NCBI GenBank assembly: GCA_045837725.1
Contig: JBEWZL010000124.1
Location: 124,001 to 188,000 of the forward strand
Direction of reading: 5' to 3'
DNA: 64,000 nucleotides
Origin: Vermamoeba vermiformis
Lineage: Eukaryota
In this document: one piece after another, positions 39,201 to 50,600 of the stretch
How the letters are laid out: each line of letters starts with the position of its first letter
Numbering within the stretch: position 1 is the stretch's first letter
Translations under genes and position numbers: made by a program
The notes under the pieces: generated by a model
The model's input: the letters and a program-made list of their open reading frames with translations, nothing else
The model's database searches: none
What the model was told of the DNA's origin: nothing

Positions 39201-42200
39201 GTCTTGGCCGCTGTGAAAGATAATTAGACGAGACATTATTGTCAATTGCCGCTTACGGTTCATCCAAGTTCCGTTGTAAGAAGTACATTGTACAGCCGAA
39301 GAAATCGAATGATCGACACATCCGTACTAAAATTAACGTGTAAATAAGGCAAATGAAGTACTACTGGACGTGTACTTACGTATGTGGTGACCATAGGATT
39401 TGGATTCAAATTGTTCAGAGGACAAGGAGGGTTTTGATAAGGCGCAGTTGGGAACACACAAGCGCCATTACTAAGAGTAATTAGCACGACACATCTTATT
39501 AAGATATACTTACGGTTCCAAGTACTCATCGCCAATGCATTCGCCAGAGTTCGTGCATTCGTTTGCATCTACGCAGGCTCGAGGTGTGTTGCCAGTCCAA
39601 CACGTGGCATTGCACCGTTGTTTTGCGGTGCAAGCGGCAGCATTGACTTCACCCGTAACAGTCTTGTCGTGCAAGATGCAGCCAGTAGCTGCAGTGCACG
39701 AATTTGAGTTCGTGAGCGAGGCTACCTCCACGAAGTTTTGGCCGTCTTCGGTGAGTCCGCAGAACGATACCGAGAGCACTGGATTCAAGCACTCAGCGGA
39801 GCAGTTGGCTGGATTGGCTAAAGTAGAGCAATCGAACCAGTTGCACTTTTCAACGCCAGTACACTCTTGCGCAGTAGGAACGATCTCGGTCTAACAAGGC
39901 ATTAGAAAATAATACGAAAGATAATAACGACTTACCCAAACTTTGAAGCATTGGCCTTGGATGTAGTTGTCGCACTCATAAGGAATATCACAACGCTTGT
40001 CGAGACATTGGAAGGACTCGCATTGAGGGCAAAGTGTTGACTCAAAGCCCGGATCCAACGACCAGTGCGTACGATAATTCAAGGCCAGATCGTACTCACC
40101 AGAGCAGTCGTCCTTCGTAAATGCGTTTTTCCATTGTTGCAAGTTCGTTGATGCACCAACTGCTGAAACAGGTTGAATTGACTTCGCATTTTCGATCGTT
40201 GAACGAACGAACGGATCCGCTGCGAGCAAGAAACAGTTCCAAAAAGTATCGTATTGAGCAGTCACGTTGATCAAGCACGTCTTCGTGAGCATGTTGCACT
40301 TATACCCGTTGCAATCATCGTCGTTGTAGCACGTGATACCCTTCTTGGGATACTCGCCAAAGGCAATATCTTTGCACTGTCCGTACATCATGAACAATTC
40401 AGTTCGATACGGCAGCTCTCTCGGTGTGTTAGAACTGCAGCCGATAACTATATCTGCTGCTACGGAGCTCTTAGAGAAATAATCTTCGATGAAGCTCTCG
40501 AGGCATCGTGGTGCGTAGCATTGATTTGCAGTCGATGTAGTTGCAATAAACGCTGAAATTTCGTACGGCTGTTCACGAACTGAGCAAGCAGGACCTGTCC
40601 ACGATAAAGAGCTGTTGCAACAAGGGTCCGTGGCAAACTCAATAGTGTCTGCCGCAGCCAAGCAGTTCGGAGTTTCAATCTGGACCTGTTCCGTTGAAGA
40701 TTCGTATAACTCCGAAACGAATTCGCGACATCCGACAGTATTGTCGAACATTGAATCAACGTCCAACTAAACAAAAGTTAGCAACGATATCGACTGCCAA
40801 CCTTCTCGTACCTGATATCTTATGTCTGAAAGTCTTTGCCCTTGCTTGATGTCTTGTTGTTCGGCAAGCAACTCTTTCATTCTGCTCGTCGTGCTTTGCA
40901 ATTGTTTTGCATCACAACCCAAGTTCTTGTCATCAAAATTGACTGTCATTTGCAAGGGCTACAAATGTAGAGTCAGTGCTGTTTCCTATGAGTTTACGAA
41001 GAGTGTACTTACCGAACGATTTCCATCCACAAGACGGCCAAGGAATTTCATCGAACAGTCCCCAATGTCATCTTCAGTTATGATAACTTTCGTTTGCAAG
41101 TCGAGCGTGTAGTTCAGTAACATCACTCCGACGAACTTTGTTGAACGTGGGTTAGACGGAACATCCAGCAACCTAGTAGAATAATTAAGTGGGGCTCCTA
41201 GAAATAATAATATCAGAGGCTACGTACATTATTTGATTGAAGTCAGCTTGGCCCGTAGTAAAAGTAGGACGAGGGAACAATGGCACCGCGTCATCAGTCG
41301 GCGAGACAGTCCAATAGAGCTCACAATCGCGGTCATCGTAAATTCTGTAAAAACACACGAACACTGTATCTCGCGAGGGGCACGATATCATTGACGTTCC
41401 ATACGTTTCAAACACGTATTGGAATGGATTGTATCGGGTTAATGGCTCGTAGAAAACCCAACCAGGGTTCGTTGATACGCCAATATACGACGTGTTCCTC
41501 GTGCTAGTCACGGAGAGATAGAGCTTATTTGCGCCAAGGTCCTAATACAGCATAATAAGTATAAGAGAGGAGGCTAGCTATGGCGTGAAAAAGTACCTGT
41601 GGACACAGCATAAATGCGTCGCGTTGAAGGCCACCGCTGTCATCGACTGCACGATAGAACACTGACGCCTGATCTTCGAGCTTCTTGGGTTTAGGATCGG
41701 TATACGAAAAAAATCTAATCAAAGGAAGATTAAATTATGTGCGTCCAAAAAAAAGATTTGTCTCCTACACTTTGGTGCCTCTGCTAGAAAAGAAGCTAAT
41801 AGGCGTGCACGTCTGCGGCAACGCCATTTCAAAATAACGAATGCCTCCTTCCTCATTAGACGGCGTAAAGTGCAAAATTTCATCGTCTTTCAAGCACGTA
41901 TGTTCGGCGCTCGTTGGAGTGCACGATAACGGCGCCAAAACTGGCTGAGGAATATCTAAAATAATAAAATTAGTAAGGTGAATAATTTAGGATGATTTAA
42001 ATTTATTTGCTGTCATTAATCAAGAACTGTAAATTGAACTTACCATGTAAGGAAACGGTTAAAGTAATGTTGGCACCAACGCCCAAAGCAAAAAATTCGC
42101 TCGGGAACGAATAGACCTCGATGGCTAATGTGCCCAATTCATAATCTAAATCGGCCGGGCATATAATCGCTGTCTCGGGACCGTAACGATCCGAAATGGC

Positions 42201-43149
42201 AGAAGTGAATCCTGCAGATTGATTTGACGTGAGTTTAAATTTATAAAAATAGATTGTTTTGATTACCTTCTGAATTATACTGCGAAGCTGAAGCCACATA
42301 AAGATCCGGATCGCCGTACTGCGTTTCTAGGCGAATATAAATGAATTTACATGTTGCAGCGCCTTACAAATGAATCGGTTAATTTATTGCCACTATTACT
42401 ATAATTTTATTGCTTACCAGTATAAACTTTAAAATCAGTGACTTCGTCAGGCCCAATGTAGATCGTAAACGGTTGATCTAGCTGCAATGTCTACAAATAC
42501 GATTTCACATTTAGACTCAGTGAACTTTTATAAATTACTATGGCTTGAACTTACATTTGTTATATTGCAAATAGGACCAACGGGGCAAGCACACGGGCCA
42601 GTTGATCGAGATCCCGCGCAAACATCCGGATTTGTGTAATCGCAAGGCTCGCAGGCAGGAGTTGGTGCACACGTCCGATTAACACATTGTCCTTGAGGGA
42701 TTAATATGAGCGAGTTGTTAAGTCATAAATTAATTATTTATTGGTTTACGGATTACGTACCGTAAGTTTTAGTGACAGCGATATCTTGATCGAATTCAAC
42801 TTCAAATACACCCTATATATCACCTGTTAGTAATGCATTGATAGAATCGTAATTTGTGGGTTTCATAATCTCCAGGGCAGCACAAAAACTGTTGCAATTA
42901 TTCATTTGTTTGATTAATATTTAATAAAGCTTTATAAATGAAGCGCTTAAGAGTGTTACGTACCACTGATACAGGAGCGCCTAACAAATTGCCTGATTTC
43001 ACCTACATTAATTGTCAGTTACGACAACAGAAATTTTTCTGTAGATTCAACGGCCTTACTTGTCTTGTTGAGCTCGTTACTGATATGCTATATACACTCG
43101 ACAGTGCGAGGATCGAAATTAACAAAAATAAGTCAAAATTGTTTCGCAT
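36269..43149 (-). CDS. Large Cys-rich ectodomain plus 7TM (THH1/TOM1/GPR137-like) receptor-type protein, many exons
   Basis: Signal peptide MRNNFDLFLLISILALSSV at 43149; Cys-rich exons (DPCCN, CYNDDDC); seven hydrophobic helices at 36870-37950 including VELPSFLYFSALSFFVVLW; Ser/Thr-rich cytoplasmic tail. Confidence 0.7.
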
Positions 43150-43623
43150 TTTCAGTTCAGATCTTCGTCTGATTGCTTTTCAATGATATGGCTCGCATGC
43201 ACGACAAGCTCTCTCGTATAAATTGCTAGAGAACTGACGTAATCTCCTAAAGCTTGATTCAAAAATGATTTTTTGCCCGAAGCAACCTTTTTAAGGCAAT
43301 TCAGAATTGTCCTGGAAAATATACGTACCAGCTCTGAAATTTAACCTTTAAGATAGCAGTGGTTAGTGCGATGAATACGGAAGAAGTTAATGCTCATTGC
43401 TTACCTAAGTTTAATCGTTGCACAAGTGCTCGTTTCCCGCATCTAAATAAATTAGTTTTACCTAATACGGCAAGTCCTTACAAAAGGAGCCGAATTCAAT
43501 TTTTGTTCGCGTGAAGGCATATTGCCTCTGTTTAGATGGTATTGGTTGCCCGCCTTCAGCGGACCCTGTCTTTATTACATATTTACACCAAATCTGATTT
43601 CTGATCAATATTCAAAATAATAA

Positions 43624-43857
43624 TTATTTTTTGACTTTGAGAACGAACCATGACGGATAATCTACCACAATTTTGTAGCTAGAGAGTAAACGAGAATCAT
43701 CATCTAATTTTTCACTTCCAAGTCTCAAGTCTTGAGCCTCGATCGGAACTTGCTCTTTATCAGCAATAAGCTTCTTGAACTCACCAATGGTAATGTCAAT
43801 ATTGTCAACGTCGATAGTGATAGTCTTTCCCGTGAGGGTTTTCACAAAAAGGTTCAT
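43624..43857 (-). CDS. Stand-alone divergent ubiquitin-like protein without C-terminal Gly-Gly
   Basis: MNLFVKTLTGKTITIDV...IADKEQVPIEAQDL...LDDDSRLLSSYKI; ends LKVKK; intronless. Confidence 0.75.
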   Translation of the reverse strand: MNLFVKTLTGKTITIDVDNIDITIGEFKKLIADKEQVPIEAQDLRLGSEKLDDDSRLLSSYKIVVDYPSWFVLKVKK

Positions 43858-44026
43858 CGTGGTCTTGTGCAAGCACGCAATAAAAATATGACCGTTGGCA
43901 TTTGGATGGCCAAAACTTCATTCAATACCCTTGAAGAACACAATTTGCCTTCGTTTTAATTATGGAGGCAAACATATTGTCTAACAGACCAGTAGTTTTG
44001 ATTACTGTGACCTCGTGTAAGCAGAT

Positions 44027-46457
44027 ATGACACGATCAAGAAGATCTGGCTTACTCCTCGTGCAAATTTGTACTAAGTCATTGAATTAAATATAGCGAGC
44101 TCACTAGCAAACCTGGGTCCGATATTATCCGATGTAGCTGCTAACGGAGGATCAGTGGCCAACATCTCGGTCAAAGATAACAACATCAATCTATTTTTAT
44201 ATAAGCAACAAGGTATACACTTTTATTTACATACCATATTATGGAGAAAATATTTGGCTAATTCTTTAAAAATACTGACGTTCGATGTACAATTTATTGA
44301 ATGGGTGCGCAGTAGATGGGCCCAAGTTCTACATCATTTTAGCACAACGTATTGACATTTATTGTATAAGATGACGAAACAAAGAAGATTTCAGAAATTA
44401 TGCAAAGATACGGCTCAGTATTCGTAGCTGAGAGCTACCTCGAGCTCATCTTATCAGTGCACGTGACTGAAACTGCAGAAATCTATTCAATCGTTAGCAA
44501 CTCGCAAAATCATCACATTCAAAAGCATAATGGAGTCAATACCCAAGTAATTGCAGGTAAGAACGCATCCGGGTCCGAGACCGTTGATCCAACGCCACAC
44601 AACTTCTTGAAAAGGTCATCTTTCTAACATTTGTACATAAGATAGCACTACTATACACGAGGTACTAGAGTTACTGAAGAAGCAGCACAAAGAAGAGAAC
44701 AAAACGGAAGACAAACAAATTGAACGTACGTGAGACTGCTGCTTTGCGTTACGATGTGACCGTTATAATTAATTCTATCATAATAGATTCAGCGTGGTGG
44801 ACACAAAGGCGGGGAGCTTTATTGAGTTTAGTTGCTTCTGGAGCTCACAAGACCCCTCTGTACGTTTATAACAAGTCGCTTGTGGAGGATCGGATCCGCG
44901 CCTTGAAGGAACTGAGAGCCATCAACAAAATATTTTATGCAATCAAGGCTAATAACAACAAAGAGATTTTAGAGGTGCTTAATAAGCACGGAGTTGGTTT
45001 TGAGGTACGTTGTTTCGGATGCTGAGCAACTCGTGATCCGTTCTTTCGTGTAGTGCGTGAGCCCTGGAGAGTTAGATCATATTCGAAGCTTGTTTCCTGA
45101 TATAGATACATATCAAAGACTGCTATTCACTCCTAACTTTGCACCTATTGACGAGTACAAGTACGCGTTCAACATGCGCGCTATTGTGACCGTGGATAAT
45201 ATCTATCTTTTGGAGCATCATCCTGAGGTATTCAGGTATGTAAAAGAATTTCATATGATGGAACGATATGCTAAAGGTTGATTTTAGGGACCAATCAATA
45301 TTCGTTCGCATTGATCCAGAGATCGGTCGAGGACATCACAAGCACGTTAAGACAGCTGGCACTAAGGTAATGCAGGCCAAAAATCGACATTATTCATTAT
45401 TAACGCACAAGTTAGTCAAAATTCGGTGTTCCTGTCTCATCTGCGGATCGCTTGGAAGAGCTAGTTAATCGTTACAACATCAAAGTTGTCGGTCTCCATG
45501 CTCACTCTGGAAGCGGTATTTTGCAAGAGCCCGAGAACTGGTCTGAAGTAGCTAAGTTGCTTTACTCACTGGCACCAAGGGTACGTTGCTATTATGGTGC
45601 TATTAATGGTGTAATGACACGTGATCCAGTTCCCTCACTTGCACACGCTGAACTTGGGCGGTGGTCTAGGCATCCCTTATCGACCTGAGCAAGTACCTCT
45701 CGACTTGAAGGCTGTTGGAAAACTATTAGACGAGTTCAAATTGCACACTAAAGAGAAGCACCCGCATCTGCAGTTCATGATCGAGCCAGGTAAGCGCTTT
45801 TTTGGTCTTACTATCATAATAATGAGGAATTTAGGACGCTTCCTCGTTGCTGAGGCTGGTGTTATTCTCTGTAAGATGACTCAGTTGAAGCAGAAGGGCA
45901 CGATGTGGTACCTTGGTGTTGACTCCGGTTTCCACTCCTTGATCCGACCTGTACTATATGATGCTTACCATGAAATCGTCAATCTGACTCGCTTGGATGA
46001 GCCACTAAAGTGGAAGGTGGACGTAGTTGGTGTCATTTGCGAGGTAAGCAGTGCTCCCTCTTTCCTTTTTGACCGGTCTCGGTTGGCGTCGTTTTTCGAC
46101 TCCAACAAGCTTCCATAGCTCAGTCGGCAGAGCGTTCGGCTGTTAACCGAAAGGTCCCTGGTTCGAACCCAGGTGGGAGCGAATTTTTTTTGCCCTTTTT
46201 TGCTGCTTTACACCTTCGCTTGCGTATTTGTTATTATTCAATTTAACTTTAGCGAAGTTTTCTTACTACCAAAATTTTCCCTGATCCACATCGATCTGAC
46301 TTTTGATCAGTCAGGAGACGTGCTTGGTCACGAGCGAGACTTCCCAGAGAGTCAAGAAGGGGACGTAGTACTAATTGCAAATACTGGCGCGTATGGAAAA
46401 GTAATGAGCAGTAATTACAATATTCGCGATCCTGGTCAAGAAGTATGTCTGGCGTAA
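44027..46457 (+). CDS. lysA: Diaminopimelate decarboxylase with N-terminal ACT-like extension, multi-exon
   Basis: TPLYVYN, FYAIKAN (PLP Lys), GFECVSPGE, FTPNFAP, GRGHHKHVKTAG..SKFG, GLHAHSGSG, LNLGGGLG, EPGRFLVAEAG, IRPVLY, ICESGDVLG, NTGAYG..MSSNYN. Confidence 0.92.
46109..46181 (+). tRNA. tRNA-Asn(GTT), nested in the last intron of lysA
   Basis: Acceptor stem GCTTCCA/TGGGAGC, D arm GCTCAGTCGGCAGAGC, anticodon arm TTCGG-CTGTTAA-CCGAA, T arm CCTGG-TTCGAAC-CCAGG, T-run terminator. Confidence 0.97.
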
Positions 46458-47453
46458 TAACACGAGTAAATACCGTTGCGCACACCTTCGGTTAACCCAT
46501 CAACACGTTGATTGCTAGTTTTATGATATTAGGATCTGTAATTAACAGCCCCAACTGCGGAGGAGTCCTTACAGCAATTGGTTGCTTGCCTTGTAAGCTT
46601 GGAACAGGACTTCAATGTCTTCTAAGACTCCTAACTTCCGAGGAGTCCAATTGAGCAGTCGCATTGTTTTCAATGGCGAACAGACCACGTGGCAATCAGC
46701 GAAGTTCTCCCAGTCATTGCTCGGCTGACGTACTTTGATCTCGCCGGTGAAGCCTGCAATCTTTGCCGCTGCAGAGTAGACCTTATATAAGTAGATTAGT
46801 TATTGTATTTTAGTGTTATATGCCACGCACTTGTTCGTTAGTAGTATGAGAGAAGCCAACGACATTGAAAATTTGACCGTCGATTACGCTGACTGGTGCG
46901 TCAACTGCACGACGATAAGCATCGGCTAGATCTGACACATGGACGTACGAGATCCTATTTAAGCAATATCAGTACTCACTAAAATTCTTTCAAGACGGAA
47001 TTTCTTACTGGTTTTGAACATTGCCGATAAGCTCAACTTGACCTTTCAGCGCAGCTCCAAACACGATGTGACCGAATCTTTAAAGGAGGTATTAGTAACA
47101 CTTGTCGGATATAAGATAGAGAGATGTTGCATACATCCCAGAACTCAAGCCATAGACCCAACCAGGTCGCACAACAACGCCTCGAGCAAGAGTCGATTTC
47201 AACACTCGTTGTTCAATCTCGAAACGCGTAACAGCCCAAGGATGAATATTTTCAACTTGTGGCGATGATTCATCGAGGATTTTACCAGGATTAGTTCCAT
47301 AAACAAAAATTCCGGATGTGTAAATGAATGTTTTGGATTTAGGCGATCTAAGAATGGGTTATCGTTAATAGATGGTATAATGAGTTTGTATTACCTTTCG
47401 GAACATTTTTCCACGACTTCTAACAAGGTCTCAGTAGATTTTTTACCGGACAC

Positions 47454-47627
47454 TGCGACGATCCAATGTCGCTTTGGAAATTCCGTTTTCCTAAAATAGA
47501 AATATTAGTTTGTAAACCGTTTTTGTATCGTTTTCGTATTTCGAATAAAGCACCACAACAGGTATTTTCTTACCTATTGTCTGTCTCCGTACTGATCTGA
47601 TCCGTGAAGATAGTCTGCATCTTCATA
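47454..47627 (+). repeat. 5' LTR
   Basis: TGCGACGATCC...GCATCTTCATA, direct repeat of 54974-55147; contains AATAAA. Confidence 0.95.
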
Positions 47628-47629
47628 TT

Positions 47630-47642
47630 TGGTGCGCCCTTC
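47630..47642 (+). other. Primer-binding site
   Basis: TGGTGCGCCCT starts 2 nt after the 5' LTR; TGG is complementary to the tRNA CCA end. Confidence 0.75.
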
Positions 47643-47694
47643 GCCTGAATCCGTACTCCGTCTCTGCAACCGCGCCTTCATTTCCACGTAGCTA

Positions 47695-50600
47695 ATGGAG
47701 AAGAATACGCCTGTTTCACGCTCGTCCTCTAGAAAGGGGGAGAAGCGTCCGTCACATCTGTCAACGTACCACATCGAACAAACTTCAAACGGTAGTGATC
47801 ACGATTTTTGGGTCGAACATCATGGGAGCGATGACTCCGACGACCAGATTACTTGGGACGATCTTGCCTATCTCGAGTCAAGCTCTGAAGACAGTTCCGA
47901 AGTCGAGCACAACCCGTCACATCCAAGATCTGTGAATCGAAAGATCGAACCGACATCGGAAAAGAAGTCCAACAAGAAGAAGAATGTCCTTAAGGAATTT
48001 CTGGTTACCCATGCGACTCTTTTGAAATCACTGTCGATCGAAGTCAAAGCGCTGCGTAAAGAACTCGATGAAACGAAGCGCAAGAAGAAGAGCAAGAAAG
48101 CTCCGCAAGAAGATCTGAATAAGACTATTTATCGTCCTTCTACTGAGCGCGATAACGATTCTGAGGACGATAGATCTGAAACTCCGCCCAAGAAGAAACT
48201 GTCCTTCAACACTCCAGGACACTCAACGCCTTATCGACCTCGAGGCGAAGAAGGACTCATTAATGACGATGGTCCTTATTTGGAGATTGGTCTGCAAGAG
48301 TCCATCAAGTTTCCTGCTGGTGCCGACCAACTTGAGACTTTCCAAGGCGAACAAGGTGACACGTTTGCGCTTTGGTGGGCTCACTTCCGTCGAATCTCTG
48401 CCAAGTGGAGCGACTCTGTTCGTCCACGTGCTGCTGGCTAAGTTTGGCCGCAATCCTCGTGCATGGCTCTTGAATGTGCTTGAAAACAAGATCACGTGGA
48501 ATGGTCTTGTCAATGAAATCGAACGCGCGTACTCGTCCCTCAACTCTGACACGGAGTTGCGCCAGAGCATGCGAAAGCTCAAGTGGTTGCCGAGTACCAA
48601 GAAGACTGCTCAAGTTTGGCTCCAGAAGATGGAAGCTCTGTGCGTGCGAATGAAAGAGAAGATCCCCGACAAGGAATTCTTGCGTCTGATCTTTGATGAC
48701 TGTCTCCCGGCGAAAAATCGCATGTATTTAGGAGACCCTGACAATTACTCGACGTATTTGGACTTCCGTGCAAAGTTGCTTCAACACGAGCTCACCTTCA
48801 TGCAAGTGCTAGAAGAAGAGAACAATGAGCGTCAGAAGAACCACAACAATCGCGGTAGTGCTAAGAGTCCTGCCCCTGCAAAGGCCCAGTCAACAACTGC
48901 TGCCACTACGACCCCTGCGACGTCAACGACAACAGACGCCGCCACGACCGAGGTAAAGAGCAAGCCGGATGCATCAGGCGTCACTTGCCATTATTGTAAG
49001 CAATTGGGTCATTACAAATCCGATTGCCCTAAAAAGAAGCGAAATGCTTTCATGTATGTCGCTTCTTCCGATCCAGGACCGTCCGAGGAGTCTTCGTCTG
49101 ATACTGATGAGGACTCTGAGGAGTCTATTCAAGGCTCTCCGGGATCTAGCGTAGCCATCGAGCCTGTTGACGAAAACTCCGCTGAGCCTGTCATCGTCTC
49201 AGTTCATCATAGTTCGTCAATGCATCAACAAATACAGGCATCTCGCGGCGATGGAGACGCTAGCCCACCCGTCCCCGATCGGCAAGTACCTCTCTATTCT
49301 ATCCCACAACGCGTGTGGATGCCAGACCTGATTGATACTGATGACTTCGGAACACCAGTTCGCTGGACTACACAACAAATTATTCCAACCGTCAACAACG
49401 CTGTTGTCCCGGATTTCCCGATCCCTGGTGTTCTTCCTGACACCCCTGGCTCGTCCCCCGAGCTGCTGATTCAGTTTGACGACATGCCTCAGCCCGAGCC
49501 TGGCAACAACACCAACGTTCAAGTGCCTGGTTCACCCCCTGTTTCTGTTTCAACGGAGACATCACTGCCCTCGCCCTTGAAAGACATCGTCATAGGCGAC
49601 AAGAAGAGCCGTTTGTCCTCCGTGACTCCTGCTGAGACCGTCGTGACTATCGACGAGAACCCCTTCAAGTGTCTGTTGGACTCTGGTTCGAACGTCTCGC
49701 TCATTACAGCAGCTGCATTGCAATTGTTGCCTGTTAATAGCTTCACTGTAATCCCCGCTAGCGACTCTTTTAAAGTCGGCAATAGCGAGTCTGTCTCCCT
49801 TCATGGTGCGGTGTATTTGCCCGTGACCATGTGTTCTTTGACTGTTCCAGTGCGTTTTGAAATCGTAGACCAATTCGAAGGCTACGACGTAGTCATTGGT
49901 CTTGACGAGATGATTCGTCTCGACATGGATTTATGTCTGCCGCTACGACAATTTAATTTGCCCGGTGGACATCCACAACTTTTGTGGATTGGCTACGCCC
50001 CAACGCACAAGATCCCTGTCCTGTCCTATGCTCCCGGTCCTTTTGCTGACAAACAGGTCCTTCAACCGTCTGTCACAACCCCTGTCAAAGTACGACTGCC
50101 AGTTGTCATTCCTTCGAATATGTTTTTCCGCATCGTCGATCCAACATGCCAAGATGCGTTTATTTTGACGCAAGATATTATTCAAGGCAGTGACAGTTTG
50201 TTTTATGAGCTCGACGCTTATAATCCTAGACTCGCCCGAGTGCATCTACTCAACGGGTTGCGGATCGCGAACATCGAGATCGTTGGAACTGATTCTCTCT
50301 TTCAAAAAGGGGAGAAGAAGGTCAATATAGAAGACAAGAATAATAACAACATGACTGTTGACCCAGAAGTTCCGACTTCGGCATCTGCTTCGACATCTGT
50401 TTCAACGTCAACGTCAACAAATCAGAATTCCGACTCACAAAATCTTGATCCGGTAATGTTTGGTCTGAAGATTGGCAAACTAGAAGCTGAACAAAGAGCC
50501 AAGTTAGATCTATTGATTGCGAAATATTCATCAATTTTCGATCGACCCAAGAAGTGGGGTGCCAACATCTGCGTTCAGCACCAGATCGAACTGAAGCCCG

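Noticed and set aside
47630-47645. Gypsy PBS primed by the neighbouring tRNA-Asn
   Set aside because: That tRNA would need TGGCGCTCCCA; the PBS reads TGGTGCGCCCT, so a different tRNA is used.
48400-48441. Programmed gag/pol ribosomal frameshift
   Set aside because: The break falls within the capsid region before the Zn knuckle and has no slippery heptamer; a small indel is more likely.
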